This document shows, in pieces, positions 21,001 through 30,082 of a DNA stretch of 64,000 bases; position 1 is the first letter of the stretch; each line of letters opens with the position of its first letter. The stretch covers positions 1,364,001 to 1,428,000 of the forward strand of contig OX337230.1 of NCBI GenBank assembly GCA_946965045.2. Direction: 5' to 3'. The position numbers and the translations under genes were made by a program. Source of the DNA: Epithemia pelagica. Lineage: Eukaryota > Protista > Bacillariophyta. The notes beneath the pieces were generated by a model, which did no database searches, was not told the origin of the DNA, and was given only the letters and a program-made list of their open reading frames with translations.

Positions 21001-24000
21001 ATGAAGAAGAACGAGAAGCTCTAGAAAATCCGAATGTTGGGCAAGCAAGTACAGATGATCCTGTTTCTAATCAACTTGGGGACACAGCCGAGATGTCGAA
21101 TGAACCTCTATGGGAGACTTCGTCTACTGTGGGAGTAGAAAACGCTTCCACCGACCAAGAAGATGATCAAGACAATGCTGCAGAAAACATCGAGGAGCAA
21201 GTTGAAGGAAAAACTCAGGATGCCGACGATGAAGAAGAACCAGAAGCTCTAGAAAATCCGAATGTTGGGCAAGTAAACACAGATGATCCTGTTTCTAATC
21301 AGCTTGTGGACACAGCCGATATGTCCGATGAACCTCTATGGGAGACTTCGTCTACTGTGGGAGTAGAAAACGCTTCCACCGGCCAAGAAGATGCTCAAGA
21401 AAATGTTCAAGAAAACATCGAGGAGCAAGTTGAAGGGAAAACTCAGAATGCCGACGATGAAGAAGAACGAGAAGCTCTAGAAAATCCGAATGTTGGGCAA
21501 GTAAACACAGATGATCCTGTTTCCAATCAACTTGGGGACACAGCCGAGATGTCGAATGAGCCTCTATGGGAGACTTCGTCTACTGTGGGAGTAGAAAACG
21601 CTTCCACCGACCAAGAAGATGATCAAGACAATGCTGTAGAAAACATCGAGGAGCAAGTTGAAGGAAAAACTCAGAATGCCGACGATGAAGAAGAACCAGA
21701 AGCTTTGGACAATCAGAATGGGGAGCAAGAGGCATCTGTTTCGAATCATCTACAACAGACAGTAAATCAATCCTTTGAACCTCTAGGGGACACGTCATCC
21801 ACCTTCGGAGCAGAAGACGCTACAACACAGGAGGAAGATGATCAAGACCATGGTGTCGGAGATGCCGAGGAGCAATTTGAAGGAAATGCTCAAGAAAATG
21901 TTCTTGTGGACGACGAGGGAAAACTAGAAACTCTGTTCCATGAGCAGGAGGCGTTGGTTTCGAATCATCTACAACAGACAGCAAATGAATCCATTGAACC
22001 TCTAGGGAACACACCAACGAATTTGGGAGAAGAATATGCTTCAAGTCAGGAGGAAGACGATCAAGACCACGATCAAGGCCATTCCGTCGGAGACACAGAG
22101 GAACAATTGCTAGAAACAGCGAAAGGCAATGTTGTTGCAGAAGATGAACAAGAGCCAGAACCTCTGGTTAGTCAGAATGTGGAGGAAGGAAGTATGAAGC
22201 ACCCCGTTTCCAATCAACTTGATGAGACAACTGATGAATCCAATGAACATCCATCGGGGACTTCATGTACTGTCGGAGTAGAAGATGCTTCCACGTTCCC
22301 GGAACATGATCATGACCATGCCGGGGTAGACACCGAGGAGCAGTTGCAAGAGACTGCTCAAGGGAATTTTTTTGTCGACGAGGAAGAAAAACAAGAAGCC
22401 CTTGGAAATTCGAATGTGGATCAATCCAATATAGAGGAATGTTTTTCCAAGCAACTAGAGGACACAATCGATGAATCAAAGGAACCTCAACGGGACACTT
22501 CATCCGCAGTCGCAGAAAACGATGCTTCCATGAAACAGCAACATGATCAAGAACATCCAATCGGAGATACAGAGGAGCAAGAGCAACAAACGGCTCAAGG
22601 AAATGCCATTGCAGACAGCGAAGAAGAACCGGAACCTCTTAATGATCCAAATGTGGAACAACCAAGTGCAAAAGAATTTGTTTCCAATCAACGTGATGAG
22701 ACAACCAATGAATCGAATGAGCCGGTAAGGGAGACTCCATCCACCTTCGGAGCAGAAGACCACGCTTTTGGAGACTTAAAGGAGCCGTTTGGAGAAATCG
22801 CTCAAGAAACTGTTGTTGTGAACGATGAAGAAGAAACTGAAGCTATTGCAAATCCGAATTTTGATCAATCCAATACAGACTCTGTCTCGAATCAACCAGA
22901 GGGGAAATCCGATGAATTGAATGGACCTCTACGGGACACGAAAGTCGACGAAACAAGTAATCAAATGGAGGAACATGCTTTCGAAAATTCATCCAAGAGC
23001 ACCAATCCAGTAGGCGATGACGATGACTGTCCAGATGATGAATTTGAAGTTAACAATTCGTCGAGACCAGAGTATGAGGAGTCTGTCCAATCAGAGGAAC
23101 CAGACTATTCTCTCGCCAAGCAAGTTAAAGAACAAGTCGCCGAAGTGGAGGACGTCACGTTACTGAATATGGAGCATTCTGAAAGTAAGAAGGCTTCAGT
23201 CCTTGAGTCTAGCAAAACCATAGCTGACGGTGGTGAAGATGGGTGTCATATTAAGGAACTTGAACCTTTAGTAATGGCCATATCTGAATCAGTATCAAGT
23301 GCGAAGCCTGAAGACCATTCAAGCACCGCTCAAAGTCAAGAAGAGGACGGAGACGGGATTGGCAATGAAGAGACTACGGGAGAAGGTGCAGAATCTGATA
23401 CCGACTATAGTGAGGATAACAGTGAGGATAAGGATAACGAGAGTGGGCGCAAAGAAGGTGAAGGAGGACCCGATGACGATTCTGACGAGTCACTTGACTC
23501 CAACGAGGAACAGGAGGAATTTGCGTTATTGAAGCAAGAATGGGGAGAAGAAGGGGACATTGTTGAACAGAGCGAAAACAGTGAGGAAGAAGAGCCAACA
23601 CGACATTTCAGAGTTGGTGAACCAGTCAATACATATGGAAAAGAAAATGAAATGAATTGGTCACAAAATGTTAATCCATGGTCTAAAGACTCAGATGAGG
23701 ACCACGGTTTAACACGAGGCGAACAAGGAAAAGAAAATGAAATGAATATGTCACAAAATGTAAAGAATCCATGGTCTAAAGACCCCAAAGAGGACCACGG
23801 TTTAGAACGAAGCGAACAAGGAAAAGAAAATGAACTGAATTTGTCGCAAAGTGTAAAAAATCCATGGTCTGAAGACCAAGTAGAGGACCACAGCCTAAAA
23901 CGAAGCGAACAAGGAAAAGAAAATGAACTGAATTTGTCACAAAATGTAAAGAATCCATGGTCGAACGACCCGGAAGACGACAACGGCCTAAACCAAAGCG

Positions 24001-24509
24001 AACAGACTGACGACTCAGTGAGCAGTCCTAGTCAAAACGATAGTAATGGGACAAATGAACATTCGGATTCGCGAGGGTTCGTCTCCAAACAAGACTTTTC
24101 GGAAAATCTTGTCATACCGAAGGATCCATGGGCATCCGACTGGGTTGAGGAGGATGAAAAGCTTCAACAAACGATCCAAGACATGAAACAAATGGATGAC
24201 GAAAGCACTCAACTCGACGATGAAGACCAGGAGGATATTCGTACCTTCCATGCACCAGAGGAGTTCGATGGAGCCGCATACTTGCAATGGTTGGAAGATG
24301 GATGGGAAGACCAAGTAGATCAAGACGACGATGAAAGAGTTTTCAGTATGCACAAGCTCCCGGACCATGGCAATATTGCAATAGGCATCTCCGATTCAAG
24401 AAACGATAAGGGGGGCAAGTCTCAAAGATCGTTCCTGGATTTCAACAGCTTTTTCTCATCGTCGACGAGAAAATGGGGAGCAGGATTGAAGCATGGACCC
24501 GATTCCTAG
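18048..24509 (+). CDS. 2153-aa protein: N-terminal ankyrin repeats, coiled coil, long acidic tandem-repeat tail
   Basis: GDTALHVAC, GEIPLHLAC, LPLHVAI and GRYPMHSAV ankyrin motifs. E/K/A-rich heptad region. Tandem repeats at 20787-21698 and 23640-24005. Confidence 0.85.
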   Translation: MSTTPEGKELYDCVLDGNWHRVASRCKSALEARETETNEDGDETTIKSYSYVDPDSGDTALHVACRNRPPVRAMKSLLDLVPELTMVENVNTGEIPLHLACQHNATLDVLRRLVANHPQSACFQSKSPPKKKKTSKFGGGRRFGAAAKSTSSSSASADVEHHKTPLRSLWDSRTTTDTNAKENYNTVFWQKVQALLEAIARFRQESEGGGDAGQQSVDGGQDADENGGEGEANTSSLLLVHAAVYATLKDAPPAILDFALDKMSQQVHQRDATQKLPLHVAIGPAQWTDAVASKQFKFLSQEQQVISKLLTLSPHAASVCNEEGRYPMHSAVYNQHTWLGGVKEVFENAPEATYQVDPVTHFYPFQLAAIPVREQAAVDLDTIFCLLRVQPDVFGDQHRVYDFSSVWEKTQSLTLSEAAADAVESVKQTIEVLTEQAGQIESDIAESTSSPSISPETVLCQRKLLEIRRLLSRMQEKLEILSADGQRRAEMAELRRQAMDQITQRAKLGLKETQGVMEDLIGPAFAEYQNALTGKKGKQPLKGLGVTDGNSTIHEDGSAGAIDIEDTGEDQLHEQQDHLNKLEKQLAAFKKQRRPVVVHLQTLESWLVDRGALDEMNKLDEAMKITQEYLESAVSKRMAVVQAIQEAVEKEKEKKAKAAQDLVAKKMAAEQEKIAKEEQEALARQAVEKQENEERALAAKQAVAKKLAAEREKKTREEKEAMEKREAAARAKEEKAKAVKEAARRKLAEQRKLEEEAKLLQQSQLDADITDDGIVTNSLDDDATEVAETSQENNETASCSLNSSTETPESQLDPAEIVGSKSDFQPSVEFEDQANLSHLRKLSDEGATDNDIDSIQGKTPQSFEALEPEIESQEESDLKIPEANTIEGEKLLQSAQTDASSEESTQGNFEEQPEALENPNVAQVSTDDPVSNQLGDTAEMSDEPLWETSSTVGVENASTGQEDAEENAAENIEEQVEGKTQDADDEEEREALENPNVGQASTDDPVSNQLGDTAEMSNEPLWETSSTVGVENASTDQEDDQDNAAENIEEQVEGKTQDADDEEEPEALENPNVGQVNTDDPVSNQLVDTADMSDEPLWETSSTVGVENASTGQEDAQENVQENIEEQVEGKTQNADDEEEREALENPNVGQVNTDDPVSNQLGDTAEMSNEPLWETSSTVGVENASTDQEDDQDNAVENIEEQVEGKTQNADDEEEPEALDNQNGEQEASVSNHLQQTVNQSFEPLGDTSSTFGAEDATTQEEDDQDHGVGDAEEQFEGNAQENVLVDDEGKLETLFHEQEALVSNHLQQTANESIEPLGNTPTNLGEEYASSQEEDDQDHDQGHSVGDTEEQLLETAKGNVVAEDEQEPEPLVSQNVEEGSMKHPVSNQLDETTDESNEHPSGTSCTVGVEDASTFPEHDHDHAGVDTEEQLQETAQGNFFVDEEEKQEALGNSNVDQSNIEECFSKQLEDTIDESKEPQRDTSSAVAENDASMKQQHDQEHPIGDTEEQEQQTAQGNAIADSEEEPEPLNDPNVEQPSAKEFVSNQRDETTNESNEPVRETPSTFGAEDHAFGDLKEPFGEIAQETVVVNDEEETEAIANPNFDQSNTDSVSNQPEGKSDELNGPLRDTKVDETSNQMEEHAFENSSKSTNPVGDDDDCPDDEFEVNNSSRPEYEESVQSEEPDYSLAKQVKEQVAEVEDVTLLNMEHSESKKASVLESSKTIADGGEDGCHIKELEPLVMAISESVSSAKPEDHSSTAQSQEEDGDGIGNEETTGEGAESDTDYSEDNSEDKDNESGRKEGEGGPDDDSDESLDSNEEQEEFALLKQEWGEEGDIVEQSENSEEEEPTRHFRVGEPVNTYGKENEMNWSQNVNPWSKDSDEDHGLTRGEQGKENEMNMSQNVKNPWSKDPKEDHGLERSEQGKENELNLSQSVKNPWSEDQVEDHSLKRSEQGKENELNLSQNVKNPWSNDPEDDNGLNQSEQTDDSVSSPSQNDSNGTNEHSDSRGFVSKQDFSENLVIPKDPWASDWVEEDEKLQQTIQDMKQMDDESTQLDDEDQEDIRTFHAPEEFDGAAYLQWLEDGWEDQVDQDDDERVFSMHKLPDHGNIAIGISDSRNDKGGKSQRSFLDFNSFFSSSTRKWGAGLKHGPDS
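20787..21698 (+). repeat. Coding tandem repeat, 4 x 228 bp (76 aa), with more degenerate copies to ~22900
   Basis: The anchor GAAGCT(C/T)T recurs at 20787, 21015, 21243, 21471 and 21699. Confidence 0.9.
23640..24005 (+). repeat. Coding tandem repeat, 4 x 90-93 bp (KENExNxSQxVKNPWS...EQG)
   Basis: Visible in translation and DNA, with anchors at ~23641, 23731, 23824 and 23917. Confidence 0.9.
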
Positions 24510-25165
24510 GGAAGGATATAAGCATTTTAACTAGAGCTTTACTTCACACATCGACACATTTATGCAACGAACATCACCAAGCAGACTCGTAAGTCTAAAA
24601 CAATGGTTCTCTCGTAGGACCCACAGACTGGTGTATTTAGATGGATCCATTTTACTCAAATCTGGTGCATTGACCCTTCATGATTTGCGTTGTTGCTGAA
24701 ATCATACCCTGGTTGAGGATCCGTTCCCAGAAAACTCACTTCATATATTGAGACATGAATGTTACAAAACAGACAAGGAAGTGGTAACTACCAGCTTTCT
24801 CTTTGTACATCTCGAAGGTCCATATGGTTTAGGTTTAGCCCTTGGCCACCGATACAAAAGATGACGAAGAAATCCTCCGGCGAACGCTACCACATCATAG
24901 TGTTGGCGAGTGCAGGTACCACGTACAACGAAGTACCTGGGACACCTGTGAAAAATGTTACCACTGGCCCGTTGCACGTGTAGTCCAATAAGTAATAAGA
25001 ACTCTACTTCAAATGATCGCTAAATACAAAGCGGGCCATGAAACGTAGAAAATTACTAATTCATGGCTCTGATAGTAATTGTAGTCTTAACGGTTGAATG
25101 GACATATTAACGGCTAGACAATAATAAAGACTGTTGAAATTCGTTTTCGCACATTTTACTTAGGA

Positions 25166-25398
25166 TGTTTCGAGTCGTGTTCCCAGTTGTTTCCGTTGTT
25201 TCCGTTGTTTCCAGTCGTGTTTCCAGTTGTTTCCGTTGTTTCCAGTTGTTTCCAGTTGTTTCCAGTTGTTTCCAGTCGTGTGCCCGTTGTTTCCACGTTG
25301 TTTCCGATGTTTCCAGTCGTGTGCCCGTTGTTTCCACGTTGTTTCCATTGTTTCCAGTCGTGTGCCCGTTGTTTCCACGTTCTTTCCATTGTTTCCAA
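25166..25398 (+). repeat. Left subterminal array of (T)GTTTCC(A/G) units with higher-order GTTTCCAGTCGTGTGCCCGTTGTTTCC motif
   Basis: Directly visible; starts ~226 bp inside the left TIR. Confidence 0.9.
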
Positions 25399-25466
25399 TC
25401 GCCGTTCGCTTTTCCTTCGCCTCCACGATGTCATGTCGCCCAGATTTGCGATCATTGCTAACACCG

Positions 25467-25556
25467 CCATCGCTTGCACCTCCATCGCTTGCACCTCCAT
25501 CGCTTGCACCTCCATCGCTTGCAACTCCATCGCTTGCAACTCCATCGCTCGCACCA
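25467..25556 (+). repeat. 6 x 15-bp tandem repeat CCATCGCTTGCA(C/A)CT
   Basis: Directly visible. Confidence 0.9.
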
Positions 25557-25759
25557 ACATCGCCATCTGGTGAGAACTGTTTGCTGTCCCCTGGATGAAT
25601 CGTTGTGCTCACAAATGGTAAGTTGCTTGTTTGATTGCTGCTTCGTATCTTGTGCTCGTTCGTCATTCTCACAATGCTTCTTTGTATTTTTATAGCAATA
25701 ATCAAACATACTGTCGTGCTGACCCTACCGACCCCCAAAACAACAACAACAACATCAAA

Positions 25760-26203
25760 ATGCCAGCGCCAGCAGAACAACCACCGACCAAGGGAGCAGC
25801 AATCAAGTTCGTGGGAGGCACCTATCAGGGCCTCTATGGATGGCTAAATCGAGACAGGCAGTGCAGCACATGCTTTGTCTACGTGATTGTAGCCTTAAAG
25901 GCTGGAAAAGAGAAGTGCACAAAGGTCAAGCACGAAAACTACGTGCTGAGGACCGCAATTCGCAACCCAACAAACTACGAAGAGGCTGCAGTTCAGCAGC
26001 ATGCTGACATTGATGCCATGCTGCGGCGTTTGGCAAAGTCCCTCGCAGAGTGTGAAGAAATTCTGCCAGAGGGTGACAGTGGCAAACGAATTTCCAACAT
26101 CTTTCTCGAATACCTGCAACAGGCAGTTGCGACTCAGGCATCCAAGCCAGTCGAAAAACAGCGCTGGCGTCGAGTTCGCTTTCGTCGCAACAACAACAAC
26201 TAG
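25760..26203 (+). CDS. Transposon accessory ORF (147 aa) with N-terminal KOW-like motif
   Basis: KGAAIKFVGGTYQGLYGWL resembles a KOW glycine pattern. Likely start at 25760 within ORF 25631..26203. Confidence 0.55.
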   Translation: MPAPAEQPPTKGAAIKFVGGTYQGLYGWLNRDRQCSTCFVYVIVALKAGKEKCTKVKHENYVLRTAIRNPTNYEEAAVQQHADIDAMLRRLAKSLAECEEILPEGDSGKRISNIFLEYLQQAVATQASKPVEKQRWRRVRFRRNNNN

Positions 26204-26374
26204 TAGTCGACAGTAATCTATAGAGAATGATGTGTTATATGAGAAACACTCTGTATTGGTTTGTTTTCGTACTACTAATTAGGTTTAAACTACTCGTCAT
26301 GTATCACTAAGAACTACTCGTCATGTATGGAAATCTCTTCATGCATCAGGAATTTGTTGTTGTTGTTGTAAAAG

Positions 26375-27808
26375 TTAGTCATCTCCGTCATCAAACATGT
26401 TCTTGGCGTCGTCTTCACGCTTCTTCTGCTGGCCAATCTTAGTGCCTCCACGAACTGCAATGCGCCAATACACAGTCATGCCCAAAAATTTCTGGCCGAA
26501 CTTGTTGTCGGCATCATCTTTCTTAAGCGTAAGCGGGTTGTTCTTGATCGGAACAACCCCTTCCTCTCGCGAAAAGATCTGGTTGTCAAGCTCGATAGTC
26601 GGACCGAATGCTAGGATGTAATAGCCCCAAAACCTCTTCTGAGCATCTTCTTCGTCAATCGCGACACTGGTTGCCAAATGGGCTTTCATGGTCGCGGGGC
26701 AGTCGATCTTATTCTTCCCGCTGTGGTAGCGTTGGGTGTTTCGCAACCAAAAATCTTGAGCTGGTCCCTTAATCAAAATTATGCGATCCTTCCACTCAGG
26801 ACCCAATCCGAACTGCTCATGATCCGGGATCGTTGCCTCCCATAAGTAGAAATCAGGACCGGCGACGGCCCGACGGACATGGAATCCATTCCGCGAGAAG
26901 ATATCATCTTGAGTGATTCCTTCCACAAACTGGATGTCGAAATCGCGGTTGCGTTCAGGCAGACCACTCACAATCACAACCCACGGACGCTTCACCGTAC
27001 CATCCTGTTCTGCCAAGAGCGAAAGGGGGTAGCCAAAGGCGGGGAGATTCTGGACACGATGAGGAGGATGGAATGCACGAGCCATACGAGGCATGGGAAC
27101 CATGGGAGAAACTCGGCCGAAGACGTGTTGCCCATGAACGGGCGGATCATGGGCAACCTGAGGAGGGCTCGCAAACATTGCAGCCGCAGCCGCAGCCGCA
27201 GGAGGTAAGTCACCACGAGTGTGTCCACCATCTCCTCGTCCATATCTCACGCCGCGACTTGGAGTCCTCTTCTTTTCAGTGTGCGAAGGGGTGCCATAGT
27301 AGGGGATAGCAGCTGGTGGCTTTCGGTCGTCATCGTCGTCGTCGTCGTCGTCGCCGTTGTGAAAAGACGCCGCATCTTGGTCTTCATTGTAAGGGTCACC
27401 ATGGATTGGGGGGAAGGTCGAGTCATCATCGGCCTGAGAGCGGTCGTCGGATCCGCTTCCGTTGCGCGTCTTCACCATTTTCCTCTGTTGGTAATCTTGG
27501 AGCTCTTTTCTTGTCTTGCGGCTGAGTTGGATATCGAGGCGCTCAAGGTACCTCACGTAGCAATCAACTGTTTTCCGCTTGAGCTTCGACCAGCGCAATT
27601 GCACTTTCCTGCGTAGCTTCGTTCCTTCGAAGCCGTAGTCCGCAGGGTTGTTGTTACACAAACCCAAGAGATCGAAGGATGATCTCGGCTGGTCGGATTC
27701 CTCGAAGTCGGTGATAAGGCACTTGGTTGTTTCCAAATCCAACGAGAGGGGCTCTTTTGTTTCGACTTGTGGAGCTTCCTCTTCTGCCATTTTTATGACC
27801 ACCAACAA
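26375..27808 (-). CDS. Transposon accessory ORF (477 aa), N-terminal trihelix/Myb-SANT-like segment; probable Harbinger DNA-binding partner
   Basis: RRKVQLRWSKLKR resembles the third helix of trihelix/MADF domains. Head-to-head with the transposase. Confidence 0.55.
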   Translation of the reverse strand: MLVVIKMAEEEAPQVETKEPLSLDLETTKCLITDFEESDQPRSSFDLLGLCNNNPADYGFEGTKLRRKVQLRWSKLKRKTVDCYVRYLERLDIQLSRKTRKELQDYQQRKMVKTRNGSGSDDRSQADDDSTFPPIHGDPYNEDQDAASFHNGDDDDDDDDDRKPPAAIPYYGTPSHTEKKRTPSRGVRYGRGDGGHTRGDLPPAAAAAAAMFASPPQVAHDPPVHGQHVFGRVSPMVPMPRMARAFHPPHRVQNLPAFGYPLSLLAEQDGTVKRPWVVIVSGLPERNRDFDIQFVEGITQDDIFSRNGFHVRRAVAGPDFYLWEATIPDHEQFGLGPEWKDRIILIKGPAQDFWLRNTQRYHSGKNKIDCPATMKAHLATSVAIDEEDAQKRFWGYYILAFGPTIELDNQIFSREEGVVPIKNNPLTLKKDDADNKFGQKFLGMTVYWRIAVRGGTKIGQQKKREDDAKNMFDDGDD

Positions 27809-28166
27809 TCAACCAGTTTTCCCTTGACCACCGTCGTCCTGTCAAAACAAAGCGCCAACAAATCAGGCGCCAACAAATCAGGCGCCAGACTGAATGGCCA
27901 AAGCTTCGTGACCATTCAGTTGATAAATAAACAAGTTTGATTGTTGTTTTGTTGTTATCGTCTCTATGATTACATAGGTTGATTGCGTGGGAACTCGTGA
28001 TCGCATTGTGTGAATACATAGGATGATTGCGTGGGAACTCGGGATCCCAATTGTATGTGGCAAGTTTGATGAATTCGCCATTGTGGATTGATTTCCCGAG
28101 TGGGTAGAATTTTCCTAAGATTCTTCTTTCTCTAAAAGATCTCAAATCTCAAACCACGCTCACATT

Positions 28167-29093
28167 TTGGCCATGCCAGATTTGATTCTCCCCGATCAAG
28201 TGCTCAACCTTGGGTTGATTCTTCTTAGTATTGACAATGACAAGAAATTGACTAAGGAACGACGGCTGATTAAATTTAAGAAGCACTATGGAGCACATCC
28301 TCTGACTTTAGCCACTCAGTGGTACGCCCTGTGTACAACGGACATTGAAGAGGCTAAGTTGACTGAAAAGGAAAAACGACGTGGCTTGAAAATGTTTCTA
28401 GTTTCTCACTACTTTCTATGGAACTACCCGCGTAATAGTGATCAACTAGCAGATAGGTTCCGTATGTGTACCGACTATGCTCGGGGCAAGCACTTATGGG
28501 ACTGGATTCAAAAGATTGCTGGACTAGAGAAGCTGGTCATTGATTGGCCGAAAGCACTTGACCGTTCGGACACGGAAGTGAACGTTGTGTCGATCGATGG
28601 TGTCGACAAGAAGACTTGGGAACGTCCACACAAGACTGAGCGCTTGCCCTACGACCGAAAGAATTATACGCAGAAGCATGCCCACGGGGGCATCAAGTAC
28701 CAAGTGACCCTTTGTGCGCACCGCCAGCAATGCGTCCACATTTTTGGTCCGGTGCGCGGCGGAATGGGCGACAAAGAGATGCTGGAGCGCTCGGGCATCC
28801 TGAATCGACTCGTGCCCGGTAAACTGGCCAATTGTGATCGCGGGTATATCAAAGAGCAGTTCGCGCACAAGATAGCATGGCCAAACCCACAACAAGACTC
28901 GAAGCTTGTAAATAACTTGAAGAGTCGGATTCGCCTGCGACATGAAACGTTCAACGGAAAGATGGCCTTCTACGCAACTATGAGCCAGACATGGCGTCAT
29001 ACGGACAAGCAGCACGGACTTGCTTTTCGTGCGATTGCTGTCACCATCCAATACGCTTTGAACGATGGAACAGCCATACTCTTTGAACCGTAG
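28167..29093 (+). CDS. PIF/Harbinger-type DDE transposase (308 aa)
   Basis: VSIDGVD, GP.RGG..D, CDRGY and RIRLRHETFNGKM...WRH motifs typical of DDE_Tnp_4 / ISL2EU / Harbinger enzymes. Confidence 0.85.
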   Translation: MAMPDLILPDQVLNLGLILLSIDNDKKLTKERRLIKFKKHYGAHPLTLATQWYALCTTDIEEAKLTEKEKRRGLKMFLVSHYFLWNYPRNSDQLADRFRMCTDYARGKHLWDWIQKIAGLEKLVIDWPKALDRSDTEVNVVSIDGVDKKTWERPHKTERLPYDRKNYTQKHAHGGIKYQVTLCAHRQQCVHIFGPVRGGMGDKEMLERSGILNRLVPGKLANCDRGYIKEQFAHKIAWPNPQQDSKLVNNLKSRIRLRHETFNGKMAFYATMSQTWRHTDKQHGLAFRAIAVTIQYALNDGTAILFEP

Positions 29094-29128
29094 ACATAAC
29101 ATGGATAACTAAATAGGATGAGATTCAT

Positions 29129-29782
29129 TTAGATACTACTACTAGGCTTTTTCTCGTTGTCTCCTCTCTTTTTCTTCTTACGTTGCTCGCTTTGTCGTTG
29201 CTTTGCCATTTCACGCTCTTTTTCTTCACGTTTCTTCTCGAGGTAGTTCATAAACCTCTGGCGGCTTTCTTCTTGGTAGATGTGATGCTTGAAGGGTTTG
29301 GCCTTAAAGCATCTGTACTCCGGTCGGGTTGACTGAAGCTCTCGAGGCTTCATCTCATTGTGTAGCCCTTTCGCCACATCCATCCGTAGGAGTTCTCGGG
29401 CCGGGTGAACATCATACACCAACTCCCCACGTTGGTTTTTCTCTTTCCGTGGATGCACCCTCCTGTCCTTGTCATACGCAGCAGCATCCCGATCAGCCAT
29501 CCACCGCTCCTTGTTTGATTGCTTGATGTGATCAGCCAGTCGTTCTTTGAACTGACTGAAAACGACGTCAGCAAATTGAACTGGCTTTGTTTTCTTGTAG
29601 AAATCAAACACCTCCTCTGCCTTCGCATCCCTGTTCTTGAAGAGGGCACCACCAGGCTCTAGGTCTCGCAAGATGATGGCCTTTGCCTCACTGGTCCGCC
29701 AATCAATCCATCCCTTCCTCGTTGATTTCGCCATTGTCGTTGATTGTTTTGTGTTCGATGTTGAATGCTCGTCAACGTCCAA
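29129..29782 (-). CDS. Transposon accessory ORF (217 aa) with two tandem helical modules
   Basis: WRTSEAKAIILRDL...FKERL and YDVHPARELLRMDV...PFKHHI look like an internal duplication. Basic C-terminus (possible NLS). Confidence 0.6.
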   Translation of the reverse strand: MDVDEHSTSNTKQSTTMAKSTRKGWIDWRTSEAKAIILRDLEPGGALFKNRDAKAEEVFDFYKKTKPVQFADVVFSQFKERLADHIKQSNKERWMADRDAAAYDKDRRVHPRKEKNQRGELVYDVHPARELLRMDVAKGLHNEMKPRELQSTRPEYRCFKAKPFKHHIYQEESRQRFMNYLEKKREEKEREMAKQRQSEQRKKKKRGDNEKKPSSSI

Positions 29783-29867
29783 GGATCATTCCCCCAAAGC
29801 CCCCATACCATGAGGATCCGAGTGCTTTTCAGCCAGAAAGTTCAGGATCTTTCTTTAGATCTTTCTT

Positions 29868-30082
29868 CGTGTTTCCAATGTTTCCAGTCGTGTATCCGTT
29901 GTTTCCAAGATGTTCCCAAAGTTTCCAGTCGTGTGTCCGTTGTTTCCACGTTGTTTCCATTTGTTTCCATTTGTTGCCACTTGTTTCCACTTGTTTCCAT
30001 TGTTTCCAGTCGTGTTTCCAATTGTTTCCGATGTTTCCAGTCACGCTTCCAGTTTTGGCGATATGTTTCCACTCGTGTTTCT
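29868..30082 (+). repeat. Right subterminal GTTTCC array, same orientation as the left array
   Basis: Contains GTTTCCAGTCGTGTGTCCGTTGTTTCCACGTT; ends ~215 bp inside the right TIR. Confidence 0.9.

Noticed and set aside
25107-25598. ORFs reading ETTGTRLE / WKQ / FPLFPVV (also at 29765-30151)
   Set aside because: These are open on both strands in several frames because the GTTTCC array lacks stops, so a DNA-level repeat explains them.
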